Shown in pieces: positions 1 to 12,611 of a stretch of 64,000 nucleotides of DNA. Numbering within the stretch: position 1 is the stretch's first letter; each line of letters starts with the position of its first letter. Under the pieces are notes generated by a model, which saw nothing but the letters and a program-made list of their open reading frames with translations, was not told the DNA's origin and searched no databases. This DNA is from Chamberlinius hualienensis (lineage: Eukaryota): NCBI GenBank assembly GCA_054772095.1, contig BAAGAE010000033.1, positions 4,128,326 to 4,192,325 on the forward strand, read 5' to 3'. The position numbers and the translations under genes were made by a program.

Positions 1-3000
1 CTTTGATATCAAAGTAAAGGAAGTTATAAGCAATATTTTTAGTACAGAATCTAAACGATCAACGTTTTTAGCACCATTGTTAGCAATGCTGGAGAAGTTG
101 GTCGTCAATGGTGTAAGTTCGCATATAAAGTTGTTAATTGCAGTATCTTGCATTTCATTTATTGCATTTTTAGATGGACAAAGGCGAGATTGCCACCAAT
201 TTATTTTTCTTTGACATTATGTTGGACAAATGCAGGTCAATATTTTAACGTTAATTGTTTGTTTTTTTATTAATAATTATTACCTTTCAGAAATTTGAAA
301 CCGGATATGAAGTTTTACTTGTTTGTCATTGCAATTCGCATTTTGGGCATAGATTTAAATGATCAGTCTAACACGTTCGGATCTTTTAAATTTGAAATTG
401 ATGTAAGAAACATTTTTAACTGTCTTGATAATGATAATAGTTTTATATTAAGCATATTTTACACTGAAAGTAAGTTTTGTACTTTTTACACTTAAATAAT
501 AATTAATGTCTTTTTATGTAACCAATTCATTATCGTTCTTTAAGTGTTAGAAATGTGTTGTTTTGAATGGAAACCGCCATTTGCTAACTTATTGATTGTA
601 ATATTGGTTTTTTAATTGATAATAGACGGAGTTTAACGATAATGAAGCTTCTCTTCAGAGTCTTTGGTGCTTATTAGAAGCTGGAAAATATAATTTCTCA
701 CTTGTAATGACTGATGATCATTTCATTATTTCTCCAATTGTTTATTTCCAATCTTTATTACGATACTTATTGTCAACGGTTAAAACCAGGTATTTATACT
801 AGAGTTGTTTGTATATTATTTTACTAATAAATGTCTTTAACTAGGTCTCCAAATTGGTACAAGTGTATTCAATCGCTATTGCTTATTCACTGCAACATTG
901 TTTTCCCCAGTTTGAGAAAATTGCTAAGAGTGGCTTTAGACGTTCGTTTTGATGTATGTATTGTTTAAGTATACAGTATTATATCTTCGTTTTATTAAAA
1001 TTGTCTAATTTACAGGAATCTAACGCTGAAATAGCTACTGAACGAATTAATTTATTGTGCGATCTGATTGATACATATGGTAAACTACGTAGTGTTCCAA
1101 AATTCTTAGAAAACTTATCTTCAGCTGTATGTGCTGATGATCTTCGTCTTTCAGTACGATCATTTTCCAGGAAATGCAGTAAAAAGTATTTTACGCTATT
1201 TTGCTATGTTAAATGAATTTCTAACATTAAAATTATTTAGATTTGCAGAAATCGTTGAATCTATGACTTTAAAATCTAGCTTTGAACTTTGGTTACAAAC
1301 TATGAAATGGATTTCTCAAATTTCAAGTAAGTGTTTTAAGTTATGCTTTGGGACATATTATCACTTTATTTTGCACATTTATTTGTATATTTTAGATCCC
1401 AGAGGTAATGTAGTATTGATTGAAATTCTCAACTGCGTCATAAGCAACGTCCGTGTCCTGCATTCGAATTCATTACTCTCAACTGAAGATATTAAGCAAT
1501 TAGTTAATTTAAGTTATGAAACTTCTACCAAGTGTATTGCTAACTTGTTTAACATGGGGTATGAAGATAATCTGGTAAATAATGCAAATGTGAAATCTTT
1601 TTGGTTTTGATATTAACTAAACTTTATTTTAGAGCTACATTTTGGAAAGTTCTATTCGTTTAGCTGAAAGTTGGGGTGAACTTCATCTTTGTATGCTTTA
1701 TTTTAAACCAAAGTACAGAGAAGAGTGGCATAAGCAACATGAACACGATTGGTCATTATCGAAAGATAGAGATGTGTCTTTGCTTCATTTTTACTTGTCA
1801 CCTGTTATGTGGAAGAAAATTTTGAAACTTGGGAATAGTTCTAAATCCAATAGTAACAGCATCGCATTCCTATATGTAATTTCTCTATATAATTAAGTTT
1901 AATCATTTAATTATGTTGATTCTTTTATTATTTATTTTTTAGAACCGTTTATTGTTGCAGAAATTTAAAATGATTATGCTCTTTGGTGACACTTTGTTCA
2001 AGTCACAAAGTTTACTGCCTGGAACAGAGTTAATCATTGATTTTAATAAAGCTAATATAATGGATTATGTTAAAGTGAACGACTATTGGAATGAAGAAGT
2101 AAACACTTTTAGATTCATTTGAAATTTGACAAATAATACTTGCTTTTGTTTTATTTAGATGCGAGAATTTGATGATGAAAATATTGTTGCTGCAAATTGG
2201 TTATCTCTGTGCAGTTTCTTTCCAACGTTTGTGTCACAGCTAGATGCGACTTTAGCTAATACTCTGGGTGAGTTATTAGTGAATGCACTTACGGTGGCTA
2301 AAGAAAATAGCTCTCTTTTAATTTCGAGTCAAAAACTGCTCGAGTCACCAGAATTTATTGAGAGTAAATCAATGCAGTCTGCAGTAATAACCAGTATTTG
2401 TGAATACTTAATTTCATCGTTGGATGTAGTTGAAGAGAACAGCGAAGTGGAAAGGTTTGACATTTTGACCATTTTGTTTTCTTTTTTTTTTATGTTTTGT
2501 GATTGCCAGTTCTAAAGATATCGCATACTACCTAAGCAATTTAATTGGAAAATTAGTTGTAAAGCCGAATATTTGGATTGAATATGTTGACTCTGTTCCA
2601 AATGCATCGGAAGGGTTAAATTGTATGTGGAAAGCAGCCAAGAAGTCATCTTTAGGATTAAATAAAGTCATGACTGCAGTCATTTCTGGCGATGTTGTGG
2701 TTACGTGTAAAAATTCTATAGACTCACAAATTGGACAACTTGTTAAGGTTTTATAAATACTAACATTTTTATCAAAATCGTATTTTATGATAGTATTTTA
2801 ATAGATAATGCAATTGATGCCTTTGGAATACCTTTTGCCTTGTAATCAAGTTCGTTTGTTACTAGCGAATTTTGGAGTTATTTTATTAAATACTTCGCAG
2901 CAATCATTTACAAAAGAAACTGGGAATATAATACGTGATGCGATTAAAAACATAATCTGCATTTTCGACGGATTTCGTTACGTCCAGATTTTCAAGTTCG

Positions 3001-5171
3001 TCGACGCTAGCATCTTATGCCAATGGTTGTTTCATTCCTTATATCCATCTATATACAAGGTACAATTAATTAATTATTTCATTCGATTACTAGACCGTTA
3101 TAATTTATTATTATTTAGTTGGAAAAGAAAAATTTGGTGTCAACTGATGTCTGTGAAGATCTGAAAAAATATTGTAAAACATTGCTGGAAATTATGATGT
3201 CGATTTTTAAAAGAAGTAGCGATCCTTTTAAAGCCTTGTCTCCGTTTATTTCACAGGTATAAATCTGGTATAGTTGTTTGTTTGAAAGGTTATTAAACTT
3301 CTAATATTTAGATAACATTTTCTGCAGACGATTATGTTACATTTTCAAACTCGGTTACGCTTCTTCAACTATTCCAAAAGGTGAGAATTAGGTGTTTTAA
3401 TTTACTTCATATACAGTATTTATGTTCGATTTTTTTTTGTTCAAAATATCTTAGAATGATTCAAATTCTAAAGAGAATTCGAAGATGATCGCTTATGATG
3501 TCCATTGCGAACAATACCGCCTACAATTAACAAAGAATTTCAAGACTTTTTTTTCGAAGTGTGTTGACAAAGGATTATTAGACGAAATAGTAAATGACGA
3601 AATGAGACTGAGTTATTTACTAGAAGGATTAACTTGCATTGATTACGAAACTGATGGTTTAAAGACTAATTTGGTTGAAGTTGTACATCGTTTAGCCAGT
3701 GAGGTGGCGAAAACTAGTCATAACATGGATTGCCTTCGTCATAGTTGCAGTATTTTGATTCTTCCGTCTTTCCAAGATTTGAAAGACTTCAGCGATTCAT
3801 TCGAAACTGGATGGATATCTTTTACCCGACTATTTGAATTAGAAAGTGACGCTGGGTTAGAAACAGGCCACATTATATTTGCTAACTTAATTAGTAATAG
3901 CACTCCTGAACAATTTGATTGGATTATCCTAAACTTAATTGAGAAAACAGTGAGTCGAAAACATTTTACTTTGCATTCTCATGGTAATTATTAATTTTTT
4001 TAGTCACTCGTGAATGGTGAGAAGATGTTACACGTGACGATCAATTTATGGCGACTTTTGCTACTAAAGCCATTTAAAAATGAAAAATTGGCTGTACTTG
4101 AAAATCATTCCCAAGTGGTTAGTACTTATTGTATACTTGTTTACTATGCACAATTTTGTTTTTAAAATAAGTACCGTAGATAACAAGTGTTTATTGTTAG
4201 TTTGTCGAATTCTAATTGGCACAGTTATTAAATTATATCTACTTAAAACAGGTCCTCGTTCATTTCAGCATGGCTATTGAAGGACTGACTAGCATCTCAC
4301 AACACTTTAATTTAATTAGTGATATTTTAGACTTGGAGACTGTTTTTTGCAAATGTTATAAGGTTCGTTTTCAAATTGGTACGGTATTAGTATAAAATTG
4401 TAAACTTGAAATTTTTTTATTATTTATTAGCTATCTCGAATCTGTCTATCACTTTGCCTACATGGGTGTATTAGGTGCGATTTGAACGTCGTCAATGGCA
4501 CTCCATTTTACTTCAAATTAACCTGTTCTATGTTAAATCTTTTAAATGAAATGTTGGTAAATCAGAGCGCATTTATGTTAAGAGATGTAATGGCCGCATT
4601 TCTACGAGTCGTTCAACATATCCTTTTATTAATTTTTGTTTTATTTCTAATATTTTTTTTACGTATTAACTTAACTCTGTAATTACAGCTTTTAAAATCA
4701 GTTATTCAGAATTGCAATCAGGATCGTCTACTTCAAGCAAATCAGTCTCACTTTAACGAAATTTCTTACACTGCTCAGCAACTGCAACGGTAGGATTAAA
4801 TTGAACTTTAAAAAAAAAGCCTGTTACTAATCATATTTTTATGCTAGACTTTTGACACTTTTCTCCAATTACGAGACTCAGTTTTCAAGAGTTTCCTTTT
4901 GTATTGTTTTATATTACATCGCTGAAGCATCTACTCTTACTCTTCATCCATATCTTAAGGTATGTAAAAAAAAACTCTTATAAATATGTGCCTAATTATA
5001 AATTATTTTTTAAAGCCTGTTTTGTTGGAAGGCATTTATGCCTTGATGAAAAATTTGCATGCACATAATGTTGCTGAAGTTGTAGCAACCCTTAATTCAT
5101 CTGGAAGAGAAGTATTTAGTGTTCTCTATGAAACATATAAGAAGTATTATTTTTACAAAGGAAATGTATAA
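1..5171 (+). CDS. 3' portion of a large multi-exon gene (at least 18 coding exons); identity unresolved, possibly a helical/HEAT-like repeat scaffold protein. The window starts inside the gene.
   Basis: Same-strand ORF segments with no in-frame stops are separated by short AT-rich introns with GT..AG ends. Examples: 295-470, 640-790, 843-950, 1019-1140, 1240-1325, 1400-1570, 1660-1860, 1942-2098, 2159-2456, 2512-2750, 2808-3060, 3130-3260, 3485-3955, 4262-4370, 4690-4790, 4986-5171. The last ORF ends with a stop at 5169-5171 (...YKKYYFYKGNV*), and AATAAA follows at about 5215. I could not assign a family from memory. Confidence 0.55.
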
Positions 5172-6977
5172 ACCGAAAGATTTATTATGTCCTGATACCG
5201 TTTCATTATATATGAATAATAAATTTGATTTATGTGGGTTAATAATGGCGCCAAATTTAAATTAACCGAAGCGATCATAATTATTGCTGTAATCGTTATT
5301 TTGACGGTCATAGTGGCGCCTGTCCATCGAATGGTTAAGGAAAAAAAATCGTGGTGACTACTTGCATAAGATGTCGGTAATACTGTATTTTTAAGAATGG
5401 TTGATAACATTGTACTTATAACATTACAGTACACCAGCGAAAATTACTTTCGTTATTTTTTATATAAGTGGCGATTGACGCATATTTTGGGTTATTGACT
5501 TTTGACTTTATGAGATAAAATATTAGAGTGCGTCATCAACAATATTACGGAGATGGAATACGCAGCTGATTTGTGAATGAATAGATGGCTTAACGCTAAA
5601 TGACCCTCTGTGAGGGTAGTTGCCTGGATGTCTTTGTTTTCCCACCTGTCCACTTGGGGTTGACTTTTGTGAATGACTGATTGCCGGATACGTGGCGCCA
5701 CTTTGCCCTCTATACTGAGGATGGCCGTGTCCTGTCGTTCCGCCTGCATGAACCCTCCCCCTTTTATGCTTTTTAGACGGCGGCAACTAGACGCGGACAC
5801 TAGTCCTGATAAATGGGGTGAAATTGGGCGCCACCTACTTCTTTATATTTTCTTTTGTCTATTTCACAACTTAAATGTACTGTATATCAGATGATTTTTT
5901 ATGCTTTTTTTTACGTTTTGATAATATTTAAGGGGAAAAAAAGTTTAATGATTATTATTAAACTTGTGCGCGATTGGACATGATAAGGGAATGGCGACAG
6001 TCTGGCTCCATCACAAAGTTGATGGCCCACTTCCGCCGTCATGTTGTCTAATACAACACCTGTCCTCCCACTTCCTCTTTCTATCTGACCGCGTCCCGGC
6101 TACTTTTGACTCCCATATTTATAATTACAAATTTGATTGTTGTCTTTTTCCTCACTTTTACATTGTTACGGTAGATGGACATAACTTTGGCGCCAAACAG
6201 ATTAAAATATGTAGTGGGAAATTTTTGGAACAGAAATTGCTAATGGACGGATAAGATTATCACGTGATTAATTAAATGGGTACGAAGAGGAAATGTTGGT
6301 CGTCGTGACTGGTTTAGATTGCTTTTTAGGTCAGTTCAAATATTTGTGAAGTTCTTGAATCACTTTGGTTGCGCGTTTGTATTACTTTCTCTACACTTTA
6401 TATATCTTATAAAATGAACATTAGAAAATATCTCCTTCCCCAAAGTTTCTTATTAAGAGTTCATTGTAAGGACTTAATTGGAGTATTTGCTACGGTTGAT
6501 TAAACTTTTGGTGTGATACCAATACAAATTAAACTTTTGATTATAAAATCTTTTTGTGGTTCATCGTCATATTAATATTTAATTGTGAAATTGAATAGTG
6601 CACAAGTAGTTCCTTGTTCTTATCACAATTAAGTTTACGAAGTTATGTCTACAAACATCATTTTTTATAATTAGTTATTATTTAATTGTCATGGTCATCA
6701 TTTTTATTGCGACTTTTTGTACAGAAGATAAACTTTTATCAGAAGCGTAATTAACGTGAACGTTGGCATTGGTTCAAATCTAAACGTAATTTAATAGGGA
6801 AAAAAAATGTTTTGTTGGTTTATAAATGAGCTGATTCCAACTAATTGAGAAATGGAGATCAAAAATGAAGTTACATATGCTTATTAAAAACGCGCGGCTC
6901 GATGTACGTACAATCAAATGTAATTTGATCTACTATTTACGCAACGCGACCACTCGAGACTAGCGGCGCGCCGAACG

Positions 6978-6995
6978 GTCTAGACAAACCACGTG
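6978..6995. promoter_or_regulatory. Palindromic Smad-binding element GTCTAGAC (6978-6985) followed 4 bp later by the E-box CACGTG(AC) (6990-6995), in the putative promoter of the I-Smad gene.
   Basis: Read directly: ...gaacgGTCTAGACaaacCACGTGACtgttg... The motif lies about 1 kb upstream of the I-Smad ATG, in a GC-richer block (6886-7080). That block ends in a GT donor at 7079 (aaaag|gtaagaat), so it is a possible 5'UTR exon. An SBE next to a TFE3-type E-box is the known TGF-beta-responsive module of vertebrate SMAD7. Confidence 0.5.
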
Positions 6996-7974
6996 ACTGT
7001 TGCACACCAATCGGTGATCATCGCCTGGCGCCATCATAGTTGACGACAGTCAGGTCGAGTCCACATTCCACTTTTGAAAAGGTAAGAATGTTTTCGCAAA
7101 TTTTCTTCATAAATTCAACATTTTATTTTTTGTTAGCTATTACTTTTACAACTGCCGTCAAAAACACGATTTCCATGCCACATTTCTTTTTTTAGAAAAC
7201 ATTCAGGCGTGTGTATACAGCAGAAAGCGATGAAAAAATTATTTTTCGGAAATTATTGGTGAAGAGGGCGGGTTTACAGTTTGATCGATTATCCACTCCT
7301 GGCGGCGTCTGTTTGGCACCAGCCTCGATGGGCCCTTCATTTCGAGGACAGCATACTGCGAGACGCCACAGCGTGGCTGGAGTGATAATGAGAGAAAGAC
7401 GAGCATTGAGGACAGTTTTCTTCTCACGAGAAGAGGTGACCATGTTTGTGTCAACGTTGCAATGTACTTTAGTAACGAAGAAATAAGGACCGGTGATGTG
7501 GAGCAGAATTTACTTATGGTGTATAATTTCGCGCCTGTATGTTACATCCAAGGCGATCGAAGTTAATTGGACATTCGCGTTAAGCTGCTCTGCTCGAAGT
7601 TCAGCGTTCTACGCTTAATACTACGAGAATGCGCACGTAACTTCAGTGTATTTGGATACAGCTCATCCAAAAAAAAAGTTGTTTAGAATACGCCGTGGAT
7701 TTAATCGTATAATTTGGTGTAAGTGAAATTAGGATGTAAATAGGATACGAAAGTGTTTCAATTTGTTAGTGCGAAAAAGCGAAAATTAAAGCTTGCGCAA
7801 AGGCAACGTACGAGTGAAGAGGTGGCCCTGGGAAAGGCGCCACCGACACCGCCGCCACCACCACCATTGTCGCCTCCGACCCAGCAGGCGCCGTCTTCAT
7901 CATCATCTTCAGGCGGAGGAGGAAGAGATTCCTCCACCAAATACACCAGCTTATTATGCTGTAGTTCGTCGTTC

Positions 7975-10900
7975 ATGTTTCGCTCTAAGCGAAACGCTCT
8001 GGTAAAGCGCTTGTGGAAATCAAGAATTCGCGCCGACTCCATTAATAATAGTCATCATCGGCGTCAACAACAAGGATCTGATGAGGAGCATAATGAAACC
8101 CAGGGTTCGTTTGCGAATAGCACAACTGCACAAGAACAAAGTGACGGGGCGACGGTGGTGGTGGATATGGAGTTAAAATCGGTGGCTCATTCCTTACTAA
8201 AACGTTTGAAAGAAACGCAGTTATCTTTACTAGTCGAAGCTGTGGAGAGTCGTGGTGGAGGCCCTCCAACAGGCTGTGTCTTGGTGCCCAAAGGTGATAT
8301 CAGAATAGGACGGAGGATTGTTTTGCCCCACGTTTTGTGTTGTCAACTGTGGAGATGGAGTGATGTCACACAACCTTTTGAGCTTAAACGTTTGGCATGT
8401 TGTAATACTCCACTGGATGACCCAGCATATGTTTGTTCTAACCCATACCATTGGTCAAGACTGTCACAACCAGGTACAAATACGAATTGATAATTAATCA
8501 GATTCACGATCGAAATTTGTTGTGAGTAGATCTTTTACTTGTACATGCATATAACTTGGACATTCGAAGTATCGAAAGTTCATTCATTTCGATATACTGT
8601 ACAGCGGTAGTTTTGTTCGAGATTAGAACTCAATTCCGAAAGAGAAAAACCTTGATTTTTAACGGTTATACAGTAGTTAGCGGTGAACACTTGAAGTACA
8701 GTAACCAATATTCTAGTTGTTTTTGTATTAACAATAATAGTATGAATGGTATTCTACTGCCAATATAGTTTCCAGTGTCCTATAACTGTTTGACAGAGTT
8801 TGGACCAAAATTAAGGTTGGAAGTTTAAGACCTAAATGTAAGTTTTAAATCATTTTAAAAAATCAGGTTAATTTTAAATCCTTCACATATATTTGTAGTA
8901 ATTTATTAGCCGTGGTAGTTTAGTTTATTAAAAATGTATCGAGATGTCACGTTTTTATTAGGTTGGTCACTATCTATGTACTATGTAAGTTTAATTGGAA
9001 TTTTACCAACAGCTAAACTTAGCACTAACTTGTTATCAAGATCTGCATCAACGCTGCTTTCGCACGTGTCCCCTAAATTACAGTACGAAATTATTTTGAA
9101 ATTTTAAATTTTCTTGGAAGAGCACGTGCAAATTAATGGTTCGATTCAGGGAAAATACTTTGACGAACTATAAATATAAATAACATGTCAACGACTAAAT
9201 TGCAGATCGAAACAGTACTTGTATTCTATGGCAGTGGACATAAAAGATGATTTATTAACTTTTAGCTGCGTAACATTCACGAATAATAGAAAAACTTAAG
9301 TTTGAGGTTTAATTTTATTTCAAAGGACGAGTTAAATTGTTATCAACAAAAATCACTGTTGATTAATTTTTGTCAGCGGCCATAACGACGTCATGTCAGT
9401 TCACGTACTGCTTGTTTCGATAACGTGGTTGTCTATTTATACGACACTCGGTATAATAGTTAAAAATGCGTTTCATAACCTACAAGTTGAATGTTATTGT
9501 ATGCGACGTAATCCCCTTTACTTTAATAATTGAAATTTACTTTGTTGTTATACATGTCATTCTGCGTGATAATAGGACATATTATTATGGCTAACTTAAT
9601 TGTTGACCGGTGTGTTCTATTTAATTTAGATTAGGGGAGAAAAAGTTTGCCGATTTTAGATGAAAAGTTTTTGCCTTCTGCATATGAACTTAAAAGGGTG
9701 CAGAGACAAGAAGTTTCTCTCGTCTTCTCTATTCTGCATTTATTTTGACTGGTTTCATTGATAAATGGAGAATTTGATTTTCTTAAAACAGCGATAACAT
9801 TTTTTATTTCGGATGAAATGTGATCGATATTAATTTCCCAAGTTCGAAGCTAACAGATCAAAGTTGATTTTATTCGCATATCGGTGAACTTCCTGTTCTC
9901 GTATTCTGTTTGCTAGATAGTAGTTAAATGTTTTTCGTGACATATTATTAGATGACACCGTTTATACGAAATTATGTGTTGTACCGAGGAGATAGAGGGA
10001 GAAAGAGTGAGACAAAAAAAACGAATTTTTTAATTTTTGTGAAGCATAAATAGTGGTGTTTGTAGATATGAAGGGCGCTGTAGACTTTTGAGAAGGCGCC
10101 GTGTCTACTCTCTGGCGTCATTCAGTCGCTTCTCTTGCGAATGAAGGGCGAGTGAAAGAAGGCGTCTTGGAGGCTGAACAAAGAGAGCGCGAGTGGGTGG
10201 CCTATGCTTATGACCCATAGGGAAAGGAGATGGTAGGGAGGGTGAATAGCAAGGGGTCACGTGACCCACCCCTCGCAACAATAACAACTTTCGACCTTAA
10301 ACAAAATATTTGAGAAACGGCACACTAGGCAACTTTTAAGTGTACGGTGTAAATAGGACTCCAAAAAAAAATAAAAATATTCGTTATCTCTACTGTATAG
10401 CATAATTTTAAAGAATTTGTTTTTACGAAACTTTCATTATATGAAGTTACTTATTCAGGGAAATGTTTTCTTAAGAATAAACAAAAATCGGCTGATGCTT
10501 TGCCTGACTTATCTTGGCTCCATTCAAACCACTTGTAATTCGTCTACTGTCGGTGCTGATTTTAGTTTCAAATTTGAATAAATTTCTCGAAGATGTTTGG
10601 AAAAGTTCTAAGAAATTGAAAATAAAGTTGAAACATCTTATTTCTAGTAAAATCTGAATTTTCAGCGTTTCACATGTCGGTGTTGTGGTTATTTTTTTAA
10701 ATGAAATTCTGAAAAGTAGGTTAAATGTGGTGTATCAGGTTGAAAGGCTAATTTTGATCGGTCTCTTTTCGAAACTTTAATCAAGTGTTGTAATAATAAT
10801 AGTATTTACTAAATGAACTTTGTTCTGTTTTTGTTTCGCAGAGTCTCCACCACCGTACACCAGGTGTGCTCTCGATTGGATAGCGCCAGAAGGTGAGTTT

Positions 10901-12579
10901 CTTGCGTACCTACAGACCCGCAATTTCAAACAATACACACGCAATAAAATACAAAAAAATAAAATATTATTTCCGTGAAATTTTATTTTTAAACTTGTTG
11001 GACGTACTTTTCGAAGTTAAATGGAGTTCTTAGTAAGAAATTAAATTAGTTCGAGCAGTACAAATAATTTCATTGCACTGTTTGTAAATTATTTTGGAAA
11101 CTTATTTTGTCAATTTCAATGTAAAAGTAATTTTTTTTATTAAAGTGCAATGAAATGTGATGTGTATTATGTTTGCAAGCGAATGTGTGTAAATTATGCA
11201 ATTATATTTAATTTTAATAATATTTTTGATTAATTTCAGATGTAGGAGAGTTAGATCCGGTGTCAGTGGCCACGGGTGGAACCAATCAGTTCGCTTCCTA
11301 CAGCAGCAATCCTCAAGGTAAAGATAACAGAATAATACCATTTCTATACACAATACAAAACGTTTGAAGGACCATGTGAAGGGTTTACTTAAAAATTCTT
11401 TTGAAATCTCTCTCCTGAACTTGAAAAGGAACTGCGTGTAGAAAATGGTCTTTTCCGACATTGTCATTTGTAAATAATAACTATAAAGGTGAGGTTGAAT
11501 ATAGATTTACATTTTACAGATAGTCTGAGATAGAGCTTGTATTTTTGCTTATTTAAGAGATGAAAGGTAGAGAATACAGGGTGAATACACAACTGCCTTT
11601 AGTTTCTTCAAATCGTAATAATGTTTGAAGTTCTCCCCTTCTTTTATACCGAGTTCTTGCCTCTCCCTCACTACGAAACTCACCTTTTAATATTTTGTTC
11701 ATAATCAACTTTGGGTTCATCTTGAAAAGGAGAAAAAATATTTGCGGGAGAATGAGATTGATCGTTTTGTTTCTCCTGGATATGTCCTCCACTTCACTTT
11801 GGAATGCCAATTTAGTTCCCCTTGAGTAAGGGGAAGAGGAGTTACTTAAGTTTTTTTTTTTCTCTTCACCACCAATACCACCTTCTCGCGCTTGTCCCCC
11901 CTCGTACTTCTCCTCCGAGTTTTTCTTCCCTTTTAAAGTTTATTTACATTCGTCTGAAGTAGAAGAAAAGCCTCTCTCGGTCATTGCAATTAAAAGAAAG
12001 CGACTCTCAAAAGAGCAGACGTCATCTTAACTTCTTAAGGCTGAGCCTCACGACGCACTCGTGTGATCTAAACTATTGTTTTTTTTTCTTCCTGTAAAAT
12101 TAGTTTTATGACAGGGTTAAAAATATTCAATAAGCTTCATTTATTTTTGTTTAAAATTACATACTTTTTTTAAGCTAGTATAAAATGGGGGAGAAACATC
12201 GGTGGGTCTTTTTATTATGTTCAGTTTATAAGAGAAGATTGGAACTAAGCTCCGTTTTCAAGGGAATGCGCAAAGGGTGAGAGGGGAAAGGGTCGAATAC
12301 GTCAAGGATTTCAACTTGTTTATATAAATTAATAATTTTGTCATCTACAACGATAGCACTTTGCGGAATATCAAACGATTTGATCACGTGATCTCCATCT
12401 TTGTATTTCCACTATTACAGTACGTGTTCAATTAGTGACATTACTACTTAAATAACCTCTACGAATATTTTATTGACAACATGATGCGCTATTTGTGACC
12501 AATGTCGAATACTGATGTAATTTCGTACGTGTAACATGACCTCATAATGTTGGCATTTTCAAGACTTTAATTTTTTTTG

Positions 12580-12611
<32 letters not shown>

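Noticed and set aside
5492-5894. Overlapping ORFs (5492-5800 -, 5523-5786 -, 5673-5894 +) in a GC-rich block. One encodes a His/Gly-rich peptide.
   Set aside because: Mirror ORFs on both strands of a GC island are typical compositional artefacts. No splice context, start context or recognisable domain. The region is kept only as a possible non-coding conserved element.
7758-8451. Several ORFs of 70-94 aa overlapping I-Smad exon 1 on both strands (7758-8042 -, 7793-8005 +, 8042-8269 -, 8230-8451 -).
   Set aside because: They lie in or against the GC-rich, CCG/GGN-repetitive first coding exon, where stop codons are rare in all frames. They have no homology and are mutually exclusive with the strongly supported Smad6/7 frame.
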